Virus record (IMG/VR): IMGVR_UViG_3300031627_000004
Location: 1-36,207 of that record
Length of the DNA: 36,207 nt
DNA from: a virus
Lineage: Duplodnaviria > Caudoviricetes
Direction: 5' to 3' (one strand)
This document shows, piece after piece, positions 11,401-19,677 of the stretch (position 1 is its first letter; each line of letters begins with the position of its first letter). A program made the position numbers and the translations under genes. The notes under the pieces were generated by a model. It searched no databases. It was not told where the DNA came from and was given only the letters and a program-made list of their open reading frames with translations.

Positions 11401-13540
11401 GATCTATAAGGATTTGTTCCCTATACCTTACTTGTCTAGCAGTGGGCTGATTGAGTTGTTCAAATAGTACCCTAAGCTCCCTTACTTGTTTCGCAGTACC
11501 ATCGTAGTACTCGTTTTCCATTTGTTGACGGAAGGTCATGCGGTCAACGTTTGCTTGTGCTGCTGCTTCTAACTGTGCATCTGTAGCGTCTGCTTTTTCA
11601 CCAGCAGCCATAGCGTCAGCTATTTGCCTTTGGGTCGCGAACATCATTTGTTGAACGCCGTGCAACTCACGGTAAACCACAATCATTTGGCCCGCAGAAA
11701 CCGCTGCCTCTGCTTGCTCTCCTTTAAGCTCAGCAAGAACCTCTAGTTCATGTTTTTGTGAATTAGTAAGATCCCCAGTAACCCTCCCAGCCTCTAATTG
11801 TTGGAACGCCCATTGGTTTGTTGCTGATGATGATTGGCCATACAGTACGGCTTCCCGCTGCCTTGTTTGTTCCATCTCCTGCCGATACTCTCGCATTCTA
11901 GCAGCCGCTACTGCCTGAGCATCACCTACACTGTTTGTCATTCCAAGCAGCCTTTTAAGCCCCCTCCCCATCTTCGGTATTATCTTAGTTGCCGCCCAAA
12001 TGGCCGTCCCATAACCAGTAAGCCTCAGCGCCCCTTTCGCTAAACCTTTCCCAAGAACAGCCAAGCCCGCCTTCGAAAAGAAGGATTTCTTGGCGGTGGC
12101 ACCAACCCCTATTTGAGCGGCACCAGCCGCAATAGATGCCGTTGCCAACCCCCTCATAGCTGGGATTACCACAGTAGTTATCATGGTTGCGAAAGCTCTA
12201 ACCTTACCTACGGCCCATATTGTAGCCATCACGGTAGCAATATCCATAAGGACAGGGATCAATGTTATAAATTGCGTTACTAAATTTGCTACTGTTATCA
12301 TTAGGGATGTGATTTTATCACCCCACGAAGTCGCATTTACAATGAAGAAGACTTCAATACGCTCCATCATTCTAGTCCAAGTGCTCTCCGTTTTGTCTGC
12401 GTCTGCTTGTATAGATTCTGAAGTTCTATTAAGCGCCGTTGCAATGCTGGTCAGCATATTCGACATAGGTTCTTGGTAAGTACCGAAGATCGAAAGCAAT
12501 ATGTCCTGAAATGCTGACTTTACAATAATGGCTTGATCTAAGATGTTAGCTGTAGCTTGTTCGTACAGGCGATCAGTGGCACCAACAGAAGATTCTAAGG
12601 TAGAAAGAAGCTCCCCATACTCATCGTTCCCTTGCCTAGCATTATCAATAAGACCAGCCATGTTAGCGCCAGCCCTGCGGCCAAAGACCTCAAGGGCGTC
12701 AGTCGACCCCATGGTCGTCGCGCCGAGCTTTGTTAGGATCTCACCAAAAGTGTTGAACTCGGGATTGATATCGGCCATTGTCATGCCGAGCTTTGCCATA
12801 ATGGCTTCTTTCTTCTCCGTGGTCACCGCCGCCGCCTGCATCGACATACGGAAGTTGGTACCAGCCAAACTTCCTTCCAAACCAATGTTTCGGAATTGGG
12901 CTACAGCCGCAGTCGCCTGTTCGACCGACATGCCAAAAGCTTGACCAACTGTACCAGCATATTTCATAGCTTCTTTGAGGCTATTTACATCAAACAGAGA
13001 GTTTGTAATCGCTACAGCGAATACATCCGTCACCCTGCTAGACTCATTAGCCTGCATATTAAACTGTGCGAGTGTTGCTGCCAGCAAGTCTGTTGCTGTC
13101 TTCATGTCCGTACCAGCAGCACCAGCAAGCATCAACGCAGGCCCAGAAGCCTCCATGATCTCGTTTGTAGTCATACCAGCACGGGCTAGGTTCTGCATGG
13201 CTTGGGCTGCTTCGGTTGCACTGAACATGGTGGTTTTACCAAGCTCCCTAGCTTTTCCAGTCAGGTTCTCCATGTCTTCGGCAGTAGCGTTTGTGATTGC
13301 CCCCATAAAGGTCATTTCACGATCAAACCGAGCACCAACAACTGCGCTTGCAGCCATCAATCCAGTGAATGCTTGGGTAGTGCGCCTTAAGGCGTTCCCT
13401 GTGTGCTTATCTAAAGACTTACCTATTTTTTTTGCCGCAGTATCTAAGTTCTGCAATGCAGTTTGGGCCGAACGGGCACCACGGGTAAAGGCAGCAGAAT
13501 TTAGACTGAGCTGAAATCCTATTTTTTTATCGCTACTCAC
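8459..13540 (-). CDS. Tail tape measure protein (1693 aa), TP901-family core
   Basis: ARELGKTTMFSATEAAQAM..LARAG...EAMKYAG...GSLAGT core; long helical middle; roughly 11-residue Pro-spaced amphipathic repeats near the C-terminus; follows the chaperone pair. Confidence 0.95.
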   Translation of the reverse strand: MSSDKKIGFQLSLNSAAFTRGARSAQTALQNLDTAAKKIGKSLDKHTGNALRRTTQAFTGLMAASAVVGARFDREMTFMGAITNATAEDMENLTGKARELGKTTMFSATEAAQAMQNLARAGMTTNEIMEASGPALMLAGAAGTDMKTATDLLAATLAQFNMQANESSRVTDVFAVAITNSLFDVNSLKEAMKYAGTVGQAFGMSVEQATAAVAQFRNIGLEGSLAGTNFRMSMQAAAVTTEKKEAIMAKLGMTMADINPEFNTFGEILTKLGATTMGSTDALEVFGRRAGANMAGLIDNARQGNDEYGELLSTLESSVGATDRLYEQATANILDQAIIVKSAFQDILLSIFGTYQEPMSNMLTSIATALNRTSESIQADADKTESTWTRMMERIEVFFIVNATSWGDKITSLMITVANLVTQFITLIPVLMDIATVMATIWAVGKVRAFATMITTVVIPAMRGLATASIAAGAAQIGVGATAKKSFFSKAGLAVLGKGLAKGALRLTGYGTAIWAATKIIPKMGRGLKRLLGMTNSVGDAQAVAAARMREYRQEMEQTRQREAVLYGQSSSATNQWAFQQLEAGRVTGDLTNSQKHELEVLAELKGEQAEAAVSAGQMIVVYRELHGVQQMMFATQRQIADAMAAGEKADATDAQLEAAAQANVDRMTFRQQMENEYYDGTAKQVRELRVLFEQLNQPTARQVRYREQILIDQYGSIDAAQVMLTLLEQQAGVEFERLEANKRNSDIELERARGRQQAARDAAVLEEERASDAAAKKWQSAWEAAMKAVDKAHQKVFENWQDSQADEGEQSVLEFQRRLVELQALYQKAIDLVGQASRRGRALTTQYYADMAMMEETVANEYRKRTADATTESMDEALVESFAHSQDAAKERMEQAVHAEREISRAAIEIAGQNEAAVATIEDAFRARRSFLEGEYQQLIVQTNRESAEEAGQVLTDLFQSDLNKREQIIRSWNRKISELHSSEVQTRVMFERTMLEELAQYDRELRRETLEFVGRETEANLMDLQRKLRTASDIQNDILRAQFEAVVLAQIAEEKKKLWLEQNFGFVLSELGELGQEIAYQFAGVFRGIARTTVKFWESMAPAIIIVFHKAFGLMGDGAKNVAAMIKHHMGDALESVWKLVKGPLAKGFNVISKSVKGVAFALKAVKASVGAVVGLVGQVGSAWGKVTDTVARFTGLSVDVLGTLGEARDLMKERAELQEQINSGELTGDELTDAQASLAAMPASTGAAAAQLIADQFTEATSFFKDLASTLPAMFTEIMAQVPVFVAAIGETIPGLMGVLANNVGPLVNALLDGVLTLVDVLIDSLPNVIIAITDMIPGLIGKLMDAAPRILEFVFEAIAYIIGEIPKFIDVIVAKLPTLITSLMNGLVDVVVALMKAAPKILKSLADALPTLLAPLMEGVIAIIIGIAENLGPLILAIAGAIPDIFAAIINVLPQLAFAVIKVLPQIFMAIVQLLPVIWTALWIMIPRFFAVVGEHFKGLLTGVYDSIKSWFANIDLGVLATALKDAVWDGLRQMVVFFRDVIKEIVSLGMANTETFGDTPRVMLAGQSGALTKFAPGDLFLAAKTPENLMKQMAASFGSVGVGTPSAPQMDLSSIPAMVSSLGSAVLTSGSSGGGGDLRVTVVAEGKTLDDVLYTAGKRGHTPSLKQDLRRASGATVGLDRGRFSSQS

Positions 13541-13587
13541 CTTCAGTTTTCCCCGATTTATTTGCTATATTAGCCTATTTCCTCTAA

Positions 13588-13604
13588 AACTTCAGGCTGA
13601 AGTT
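13588..13604. repeat. Perfect 8-bp inverted repeat AACTTCAG-G-CTGAAGTT (weak terminator or operator) before the tape measure gene
   Basis: Seen directly; only a short T run follows on the minus strand. Confidence 0.35.
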
Positions 13605-13869
13605 AATCAAAGTTAAACCCACTAGATTTAATTGAGAGCAAAAACGCTTGTTCTTTTGCTGCCCTGTCTTTAGTTGATAGTTCTTTTTTACCGTCTTTTT
13701 TGCCTGATTTACCTTTCTTATTTACTTTTCCTCCAAGAGCAGATGTTGCCATCTCCGCAAACATATTTACCTGTTCCATCTTATAAGAAACCATGCAGTA
13801 AATACATAGCCTTAGTTGTTCCCAAGAGAGGTCTAATACTTCATCTAACTTCCACCCTGATATAAACAT
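13603..13869 (-). CDS. Tail assembly chaperone, T part (probably made as a G-T frameshift fusion)
   Basis: GWKLDEVLDLSWEQL motif typical of gpT-like regions; its frame is open upstream to at least 13986 and is the -1 frame of the preceding gene. Confidence 0.8.
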   Translation of the reverse strand: MFISGWKLDEVLDLSWEQLRLCIYCMVSYKMEQVNMFAEMATSALGGKVNKKGKSGKKDGKKELSTKDRAAKEQAFLLSIKSSGFNFD

Positions 13870-13901
13870 CAGGCCAAGACCTCTCTCCAGATCCTGTATA
13901 T

Positions 13902-14417
13902 CTAATTTTCCTGAAGCCCCATCGCGTTCTTCCCTAGAGTCGCTACCCCCATCCCCAGTTTCTTGATGAAGCGTTCGGAAAAAGGGACAATTGATGTAAT
14001 CAACTCCTCTAGCGGCAGCACATCAAGAGGATCTTCCCCAGACAAAGCAGTCGGGTAGGCGGCTGTGAAGATTTCACCTAATTTCTCAGCGATAACTTCG
14101 TTTGTAGCAATGGAAAGAACTAATTCTATGATGTTCGCATCGGCGCCATCACCAGAAAATGCTCCCAGTATTTTTTTAATTTCGCCTGCATCAAATAAGC
14201 TCCGCATAAGGCGGAATACTTTGATCTGTTGCCGCGCTGCGATTGTCCCTGGGAGGGTAATCTTTGTGCCAGTGCATGTGGTCAAGGTGATCTCATCAGG
14301 AGGGACTAACTTAGAAAGCATTTCCTCCATTTGCTCAAAGAACTGCTTGTCTTGAGCTACCTCATCAGGCACCCCATTCACAATTGGGGCGGGGGGATTT
14401 TCTGTTTGTTCTTGCAT
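13902..14417 (-). CDS. Tail assembly chaperone G (about 171 aa)
   Basis: Between tail tube and tape measure; AGGAGG RBS favours ATG 14417 over GTG 14423. Confidence 0.8.
   Translation of the reverse strand: MQEQTENPPAPIVNGVPDEVAQDKQFFEQMEEMLSKLVPPDEITLTTCTGTKITLPGTIAARQQIKVFRLMRSLFDAGEIKKILGAFSGDGADANIIELVLSIATNEVIAEKLGEIFTAAYPTALSGEDPLDVLPLEELITSIVPFSERFIKKLGMGVATLGKNAMGLQEN
13980..13986 (-). promoter_or_regulatory. Programmed -1 frameshift slippery heptamer C CCT TTT
   Basis: In-frame X XXY YYZ pattern (GTC CCT TTT); the -1 frame reads PFFRTLHQETGDGG...LDIQDLERGLGLMFISGW without a stop into the T ORF. Confidence 0.7.
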
Positions 14418-14463
14418 ATTCACCTCCTAGGGCGTGGTTATGACTGTACTATTTACAAACCTT

Positions 14464-14491
14464 AGAATAACACAGGCTTCTGAATTATCAA
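14464..14491 (-). promoter_or_regulatory. Sigma70-like promoter TTGATA-N16-TATTCT with extended -10 TG
   Basis: Just downstream of the tail-tube terminator and upstream of chaperone G; motif match only. Confidence 0.45.
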
Positions 14492-14519
14492 TATCGTACT
14501 TTCACTCATAGTAACAGGC

Positions 14520-14565
14520 AAAAAAAAGAAGAGGTGCCTGCTGTCCGTTGCAGGCACCCCTTCTT
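14520..14565 (-). terminator. Rho-independent terminator after the tail tube gene
   Basis: Minus strand AAGAAGGGGTGCCTGC-loop-GCAGGCACCTCTTCTT followed by a T run. Confidence 0.9.
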
Positions 14566-14597
14566 GGCACATTTAGCTGATAGGCTAAATCTAAATA

Positions 14598-15143
14598 TTA
14601 AACTTCTCTATAGAACTTAAGTAACTGCTCGGTTTCTGGAAGCGCGGTACCACCCCAATCTACATTTTCACGCATGGCTTGGAAGCCATACTCAAAAGAG
14701 TGCTCATCGGCACCGAAAGTTGGGGAAACCCCGCTTTCACTGCAAGCTTTCCAAATATAAACATTCATTGTGTTGCCTGTGACGGCCATGAAATGCTGAA
14801 CATGGAGCGCAAGCTCTTCAACAAGTGGATCACCACCCCAACGAAGCTCCACCCCACTCGAATGGGTGGCTCCTGAACCAAGAGCGCGTCCCATATTCAT
14901 GAAGTCCCATTCGATACTGGTAAACTTAGCCATGACAGACTGTGCCTGAGTGAACGTGTAAACATTCAACTTAGGGTTACCTTGTGTGATGACTTTCTTT
15001 TCTGCAGTCATTTCTAAAGAAACGCCATCTTCACCGATAGCGCCAACGTCTACCGTTGGGGTTGCTCCAGATGGCCCAAGGTAAAGGACAGCGGGGCCAA
15101 ACGAGATATCGTTAGTTGTAATAGTAGGTACATTATATGGCAT
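14598..15143 (-). CDS. Major tail (tube) protein (181 aa)
   Basis: ISFGPAVLYLG...DVGAIGEDGVSL N-terminus typical of siphovirus tubes; GAGAGG RBS; own terminator; precedes the chaperones. Confidence 0.85.
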   Translation of the reverse strand: MPYNVPTITTNDISFGPAVLYLGPSGATPTVDVGAIGEDGVSLEMTAEKKVITQGNPKLNVYTFTQAQSVMAKFTSIEWDFMNMGRALGSGATHSSGVELRWGGDPLVEELALHVQHFMAVTGNTMNVYIWKACSESGVSPTFGADEHSFEYGFQAMRENVDWGGTALPETEQLLKFYREV

Positions 15144-15249
15144 CGGATCGCCTCTCAGTTATGGTTTACAATTTATGCTGCACCTGTCAGGCGTCCAATG
15201 CTTAGGTACTGGATACCACGTATCAGGATTTTAGTCTACAATCATATAG

Positions 15250-15609
15250 TTATCTTTCATCTTTCAGTGTATTTTGCTCACCACAACGGCGACACGGCAC
15301 CATTGTTTTACCGCCAACCCCAGGGGTGACATAGGCTACAAAATCTTTGTACCTGACCCTCAACTCATCCCGCTCGTTGTTATAAATGCCGAGCCGTGCG
15401 CCGCAATTCTGGCAAGCCCATACTTCATCTCGCATCGGGTGTTTCGTGTCTTGTTGCTGTTCGTTTTCAGAGGATGAATTCTTAGCAACAATAACCATCG
15501 CCTGCACATGCTGTAATTGGGAATCAATCTCGTGAATAACCATCTCCATTTTTTGAAGACGATCATGAACACCATCTTGGCGTTGTTCATTTTTTTGACT
15601 AACGTTCAT
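15250..15609 (-). CDS. Coiled-coil plus Com-like zinc-ribbon protein (about 119 aa)
   Basis: CQNCGARLG...VPCRRCGEQN matches the Mu Com-type CxxC...CxxC layout; ATG 15609 overlaps the end of the upstream gene. Confidence 0.6.
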   Translation of the reverse strand: MNVSQKNEQRQDGVHDRLQKMEMVIHEIDSQLQHVQAMVIVAKNSSSENEQQQDTKHPMRDEVWACQNCGARLGIYNNERDELRVRYKDFVAYVTPGVGGKTMVPCRRCGEQNTLKDER

Positions 15610-15796
15610 TTTCAATGATCCTGATCTTGATAGAGCAACCACAATCACAAGTCTTTTCTACAAGATCGCCTTTGCCCCTTAGTGAAATTGATCTGCCTTG
15701 TTTTAAAGAGAAAATACCTTTAGAACAATCTGGGCATTTTACAACTGCGCTAGGCCCATTCGGCGCATTTGGCGCTCTCCAGTCTTGGGTTCTCAT
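15599..15796 (-). CDS. Small zinc-ribbon protein (65 aa)
   Basis: CPDC...CDCG; start overlaps the upstream stop (TAATG). Confidence 0.6.
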   Translation of the reverse strand: MRTQDWRAPNAPNGPSAVVKCPDCSKGIFSLKQGRSISLRGKGDLVEKTCDCGCSIKIRIIENER

Positions 15797-16224
15797 TATA
15801 TCTCCCTAGTAGAAAGTCGTAATTGGTATTGGCCTTGTACAAAATATGCCCTTACGTTTTCGTTCCAGCCTTCTAAAGGGCGAATTGATTCAACACAATA
15901 TCCAGCTACAGGTATACCGTCTTTTCGTAAAGTTGCGTTTTGGAGAGCTTCATAGCACGCTTGATACAATTCAAGGGCAAAGCCAGCACTTTTCCGACCA
16001 TAAGCATACAGATCCATAATAATCAGTTCATAAACCCCGTTAGGCCCAACGGAACCTGCTCGGAAGTCAATAATAACCATTGGGTAGGTTACTGTTTTCC
16101 CATCTGAGTCTTGAAAGTGTGCGCCCCACACCCTATTCCCAACAAGGGCGGCAACACCCGCGTCAGCCATCAATACTGATCTCAGTAAAAGCTTGGTTGA
16201 TTCTATGTTTACAAGTCGTCCCAC
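15796..16224 (-). CDS. Tail terminator / tail completion protein (DUF3168, SPP1 gp17-like)
   Basis: LMADAGVAALVGNRVW...YPMVII...DLYAY pattern, 142 aa, expected position. Confidence 0.8.
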   Translation of the reverse strand: MGRLVNIESTKLLLRSVLMADAGVAALVGNRVWGAHFQDSDGKTVTYPMVIIDFRAGSVGPNGVYELIIMDLYAYGRKSAGFALELYQACYEALQNATLRKDGIPVAGYCVESIRPLEGWNENVRAYFVQGQYQLRLSTREI

Positions 16225-16724
16225 TATAGTTTATCCATCTCATCCATTATGTGATTTAATACTGCATGTTCAATATCTGTACGTGCTTTCTTAGCCGTTG
16301 GCGTGAAAGGATCTCTGGGGAGCATGTTCCTAGTCCCCTCAAACACGTACCTTATGTGGGGTGCAGCATCAAAATCTGAGTATATGTTAACTACTGGGCC
16401 ACGAAGTGTACTTTTCGCTCTCGAACGTATACTGTTGTAGACAGCCCCACTCCTACGATGAACAACCCAAGGGGTTTTATTGTGAATGTTTATTGAACCA
16501 TTCTTTCTTGCATATGGGTAATCAAGCCCAGCTAGCTCACTTAGAGTGTGATCCCTCTTATCCAAAGCGGGCTTGAGGAACTTTTTTATATAAACTTTGC
16601 TCCCCTTCTTTAGGGCAACTTTAGCCACGTTTTTCCTCATATGTCGTGGCATCTTTCTAAGTAATCTCTTAGCGATTTCCATATCAGCAGAATTTATTTT
16701 TAGCTGTACTGACATAGAAGCCAT
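16224..16724 (-). CDS. Neck / tail component, HK97 gp10-like (166 aa)
   Basis: Basic protein with RSGAVYNSI and YVFEGTRNMLPRDPF (compare SG.L..SI and EfGT..m.prPf); upstream of the tail terminator. Confidence 0.7.
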   Translation of the reverse strand: MASMSVQLKINSADMEIAKRLLRKMPRHMRKNVAKVALKKGSKVYIKKFLKPALDKRDHTLSELAGLDYPYARKNGSINIHNKTPWVVHRRSGAVYNSIRSRAKSTLRGPVVNIYSDFDAAPHIRYVFEGTRNMLPRDPFTPTAKKARTDIEHAVLNHIMDEMDKL

Positions 16725-16726
16725 GG

Positions 16727-19651
16727 TTACACCCGAGTTTCAGTAGACTCTACTACTGTATCACCAAAGTCACTTGGAATCCCAATCTCTATTTCCCCTG
16801 TATTAGGGGAATTAAGATCAGTTAGCACCTTAGTAAAGTTGTTCTGTAGCATCTCTAAGTTAACTTTTGTCTGGACTGGGTTCCCTTCAAGGGCAGAACC
16901 AGAAAGTGGGAATGGTGGGCAAAATTCCTGAAGGAAAGCAAGCTGTTGGTGTAACAATTCTTTAACAGGGTGTGCTGGTGACAACCGCTCATCGGCACCC
17001 ATAAGCAGCCCGAAAGCTTGACGTAAGTGCCAAGTAGCAAGCTCTTTAAACCCAAGGTACGAGCCTTCAGCGGTTACAACAGAGTTTTGGAAGCAAAGCC
17101 TAGCCTCCTCAGTTTGTCCATCATTCATAAACTGCAAGCCTAAAGAACACCAAGCTCCAGTGTTTATCGGATCTTCCATTAGCTGTAGTTCTAAGAGCTT
17201 TGTGTAAAACTCAAGCTTGGATTGCATTTGATCATTGCTAAGGCCGAGTCCAACATGATCAACCTCAAATGGCGCGAACCTAACTTGTGGGTGCAACCCC
17301 ATTTCCCTTATTTCTTTAATAGAGTTTTCTACACTTTCATGCACTCTATTGGTGTACTTCATTACACCCCTAGGATCGATAAGGAACATTCTTATTGTTT
17401 CGCTGTAGTTGAATGTTCCATCATCACGCCAATTGCGGAATTTCAGTAACCAACCCCAAGTGTTAGAACACTCTGCCATTCGCCTTAGTGACATACACGA
17501 ATGGAAATCTTGCCCAAGATGCTCATCATCATCCATGGTGTAGAACCATCGCGTGGATTCCCGCTTTGTTTCCCGTATGTGATTAAGCCCAGCGTTCCGA
17601 ACTTCTGAAAGGTTATTGTTGAATGGTTTGTAAACCCAAGACGCGCCAAATGCTTCAGCCACAGTCTTCATAGCCTGCGTTGGCTTTGTGCCTTTAGGCC
17701 CAGTCCACACCAATACAATCTGGTCGCAAAGAGCGTACATATGATCTAAGAATCGGTATAGCCCACCAAGCTGGCCAGCCTTGTGGAGAAGCATAGAAAA
17801 AGCGATTCCATTATGAGCAACATAAGGGCTTAGCTTCATGTTCTCTTCATTGACAAGATGGTTATACCCACCACCAGTTATGGCCATGTTTGGGTTAGGG
17901 TCAATCGTTGTATAGAACTTATGTTTACGAATCCGATCCTCAAGACGAATGTAGCCAAAGTGTCTAAACCTGATCCCTGCTGCACGGCGAGACAAGAGCG
18001 TAAAGTCAGGAGAGTTACCACAATGTAAGCCTACATCATTACCGCCATCAGTTCTTCCACCAGTAATTCGGGCCTTGGCGTGTTCTGATTTGTTTACTTT
18101 CCACAACCTAGCCCCGTGCATCCCGCCAGTGTAACCATCGCTCCAAGGTGCATCTACTCGGTAGACACGTGTGGTGTCCCAGTGGTTTATCCACCCAAAG
18201 TCAAATGACTTTACAAGCGGATTAGGGTGAGCAATAAGCCGCCTAAACAATTGGCGATCAACACGATCCTCTAAAAACTCATCGTGATCAATAGAAAATA
18301 CCCAATCAGCACCTAAAGATTCAGCCATTTCAATGGAGGCATTACGCTCATCTCTCTCATTGAATTCACCGCCCCATGTACCAACCATAATTGGCACATC
18401 ATGCTCATTTTCAACAACTGCTGTCTCCAGCCAAACCTTTACTGCATCAGTAATATCTTCAGCGTTGTTTGCTTCTCCGCAGGCAGCAATCATCTTTTGG
18501 GCTTGCGGATCTAGTGCGTTTCCGTTCCAATCAAATGCTTGGGTTATTTCGTACGGGTTATTTGTGAGCAAGACAGCAAGCCCATCAATCATTTGAGAGT
18601 TGCGGCGAACGCACTGGTAAAACATCCCAACATCGTGCAGGGTGTTTATCTTGACCCGCATACAGCCTATGATTTTCTTGTCAGTGGAGTTAATTGCGCC
18701 CCATTTTTCAACATAAGGGCCAACATTCGCAAGACCGCGCTCAAGGTCTGGGAAATGCTTATCTAAAGTTTGGTGACCCTTGTGGTGAACATAACAGTCG
18801 GAAGCAACACCTAGCTTCCACCCTGCTTGGTCAGAGCGGGCAGCAACGTCATTATCGTCGTACCCCCCTACGCCATATCGGGGGTCTAGGAAAAAAGGGT
18901 GACCATCTTCACCCTGTTGGATCAAGCTCTCAATGCAGGCTCTCTTATAAGCCACGCAGAACCCAGAAAGAAAGTCGGTATTTAATACCCGCCTAGACTT
19001 CCCTGGTTCCCAAGAACGCACAAAGTCATCCAACACCTTGTATGCGCCATGTGTATAAAACTCTAAAGCACTGCCATTGATATCCCCAGCGGGAATAGAC
19101 TGGGTTCCAGCAACTTTCGTGGATAATGGCCCAACAGCGCCAATTCTTCCGTAACAAGAAACATCATCCCCATCCGATTCAAAGTAATCGGTGTCTAAAT
19201 CAACTTTACTTTCGAACCAAATACGTTCTGTGTTGAGGGCTTTGTCTAGCTTTTCAGCCCACTTGTTCGTGACGATCACATCATCATTCATAATAATAAC
19301 AGTGGGGGAGAGGCTCTCCGCAGAAAGCAGCCCAAAATTGACGGCACCCACCCACCCAGCAGGGCTAGGCATGTCTACCCAGTTTAGTTCAACAAACTGA
19401 TTGACTACTCCATTAGAGCCTTCAGAATTAAATTGAGTACACAACTCTTCAACATCTTTCTTTGCAGTAAGGGACTCTTCCCTTCCCTCATCCGTTGGGT
19501 TGCTTACAACGATAACTTTGAACTTTGAATCCTTTGTATGAAAAAGTATTCGCTCAATTGCGGTGACAATCAAGTCTACTGATCCCATTGTTGGGATGAT
19601 AATGTCAAAATTATTTACTGTATCTTTCTTGAATCTAATAACTGGTTCCAC
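16727..19651 (-). CDS. Multidomain glycosyltransferase: three GT2/GT-A domains plus C-terminal TPR-like repeat (974 aa)
   Basis: Domain 1 IIIPT...MNDDVIV...LSGFC...GYDDND...YVHHKG; domain 2 ERDERN...WVFSIDHDE...RHFGY; domain 3 LSEVRN...WFYTMDDDE...RVHE...DHVG; then DPINTGAWCSLG...GQTEEARLCF. GTG start with AGGAGG. Confidence 0.9.
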   Translation of the reverse strand: MEPVIRFKKDTVNNFDIIIPTMGSVDLIVTAIERILFHTKDSKFKVIVVSNPTDEGREESLTAKKDVEELCTQFNSEGSNGVVNQFVELNWVDMPSPAGWVGAVNFGLLSAESLSPTVIIMNDDVIVTNKWAEKLDKALNTERIWFESKVDLDTDYFESDGDDVSCYGRIGAVGPLSTKVAGTQSIPAGDINGSALEFYTHGAYKVLDDFVRSWEPGKSRRVLNTDFLSGFCVAYKRACIESLIQQGEDGHPFFLDPRYGVGGYDDNDVAARSDQAGWKLGVASDCYVHHKGHQTLDKHFPDLERGLANVGPYVEKWGAINSTDKKIIGCMRVKINTLHDVGMFYQCVRRNSQMIDGLAVLLTNNPYEITQAFDWNGNALDPQAQKMIAACGEANNAEDITDAVKVWLETAVVENEHDVPIMVGTWGGEFNERDERNASIEMAESLGADWVFSIDHDEFLEDRVDRQLFRRLIAHPNPLVKSFDFGWINHWDTTRVYRVDAPWSDGYTGGMHGARLWKVNKSEHAKARITGGRTDGGNDVGLHCGNSPDFTLLSRRAAGIRFRHFGYIRLEDRIRKHKFYTTIDPNPNMAITGGGYNHLVNEENMKLSPYVAHNGIAFSMLLHKAGQLGGLYRFLDHMYALCDQIVLVWTGPKGTKPTQAMKTVAEAFGASWVYKPFNNNLSEVRNAGLNHIRETKRESTRWFYTMDDDEHLGQDFHSCMSLRRMAECSNTWGWLLKFRNWRDDGTFNYSETIRMFLIDPRGVMKYTNRVHESVENSIKEIREMGLHPQVRFAPFEVDHVGLGLSNDQMQSKLEFYTKLLELQLMEDPINTGAWCSLGLQFMNDGQTEEARLCFQNSVVTAEGSYLGFKELATWHLRQAFGLLMGADERLSPAHPVKELLHQQLAFLQEFCPPFPLSGSALEGNPVQTKVNLEMLQNNFTKVLTDLNSPNTGEIEIGIPSDFGDTVVESTETRV

Positions 19652-19677
19652 ACTTGCCTCCTGGGCTTTTGCGCGTT

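Noticed and set aside
14598-16724. Contractile (myovirus) tail, GTA or tailocin
   Set aside because: No sheath or baseplate wedge genes; a full head and packaging module, long tape measure and accessory phage genes are present.
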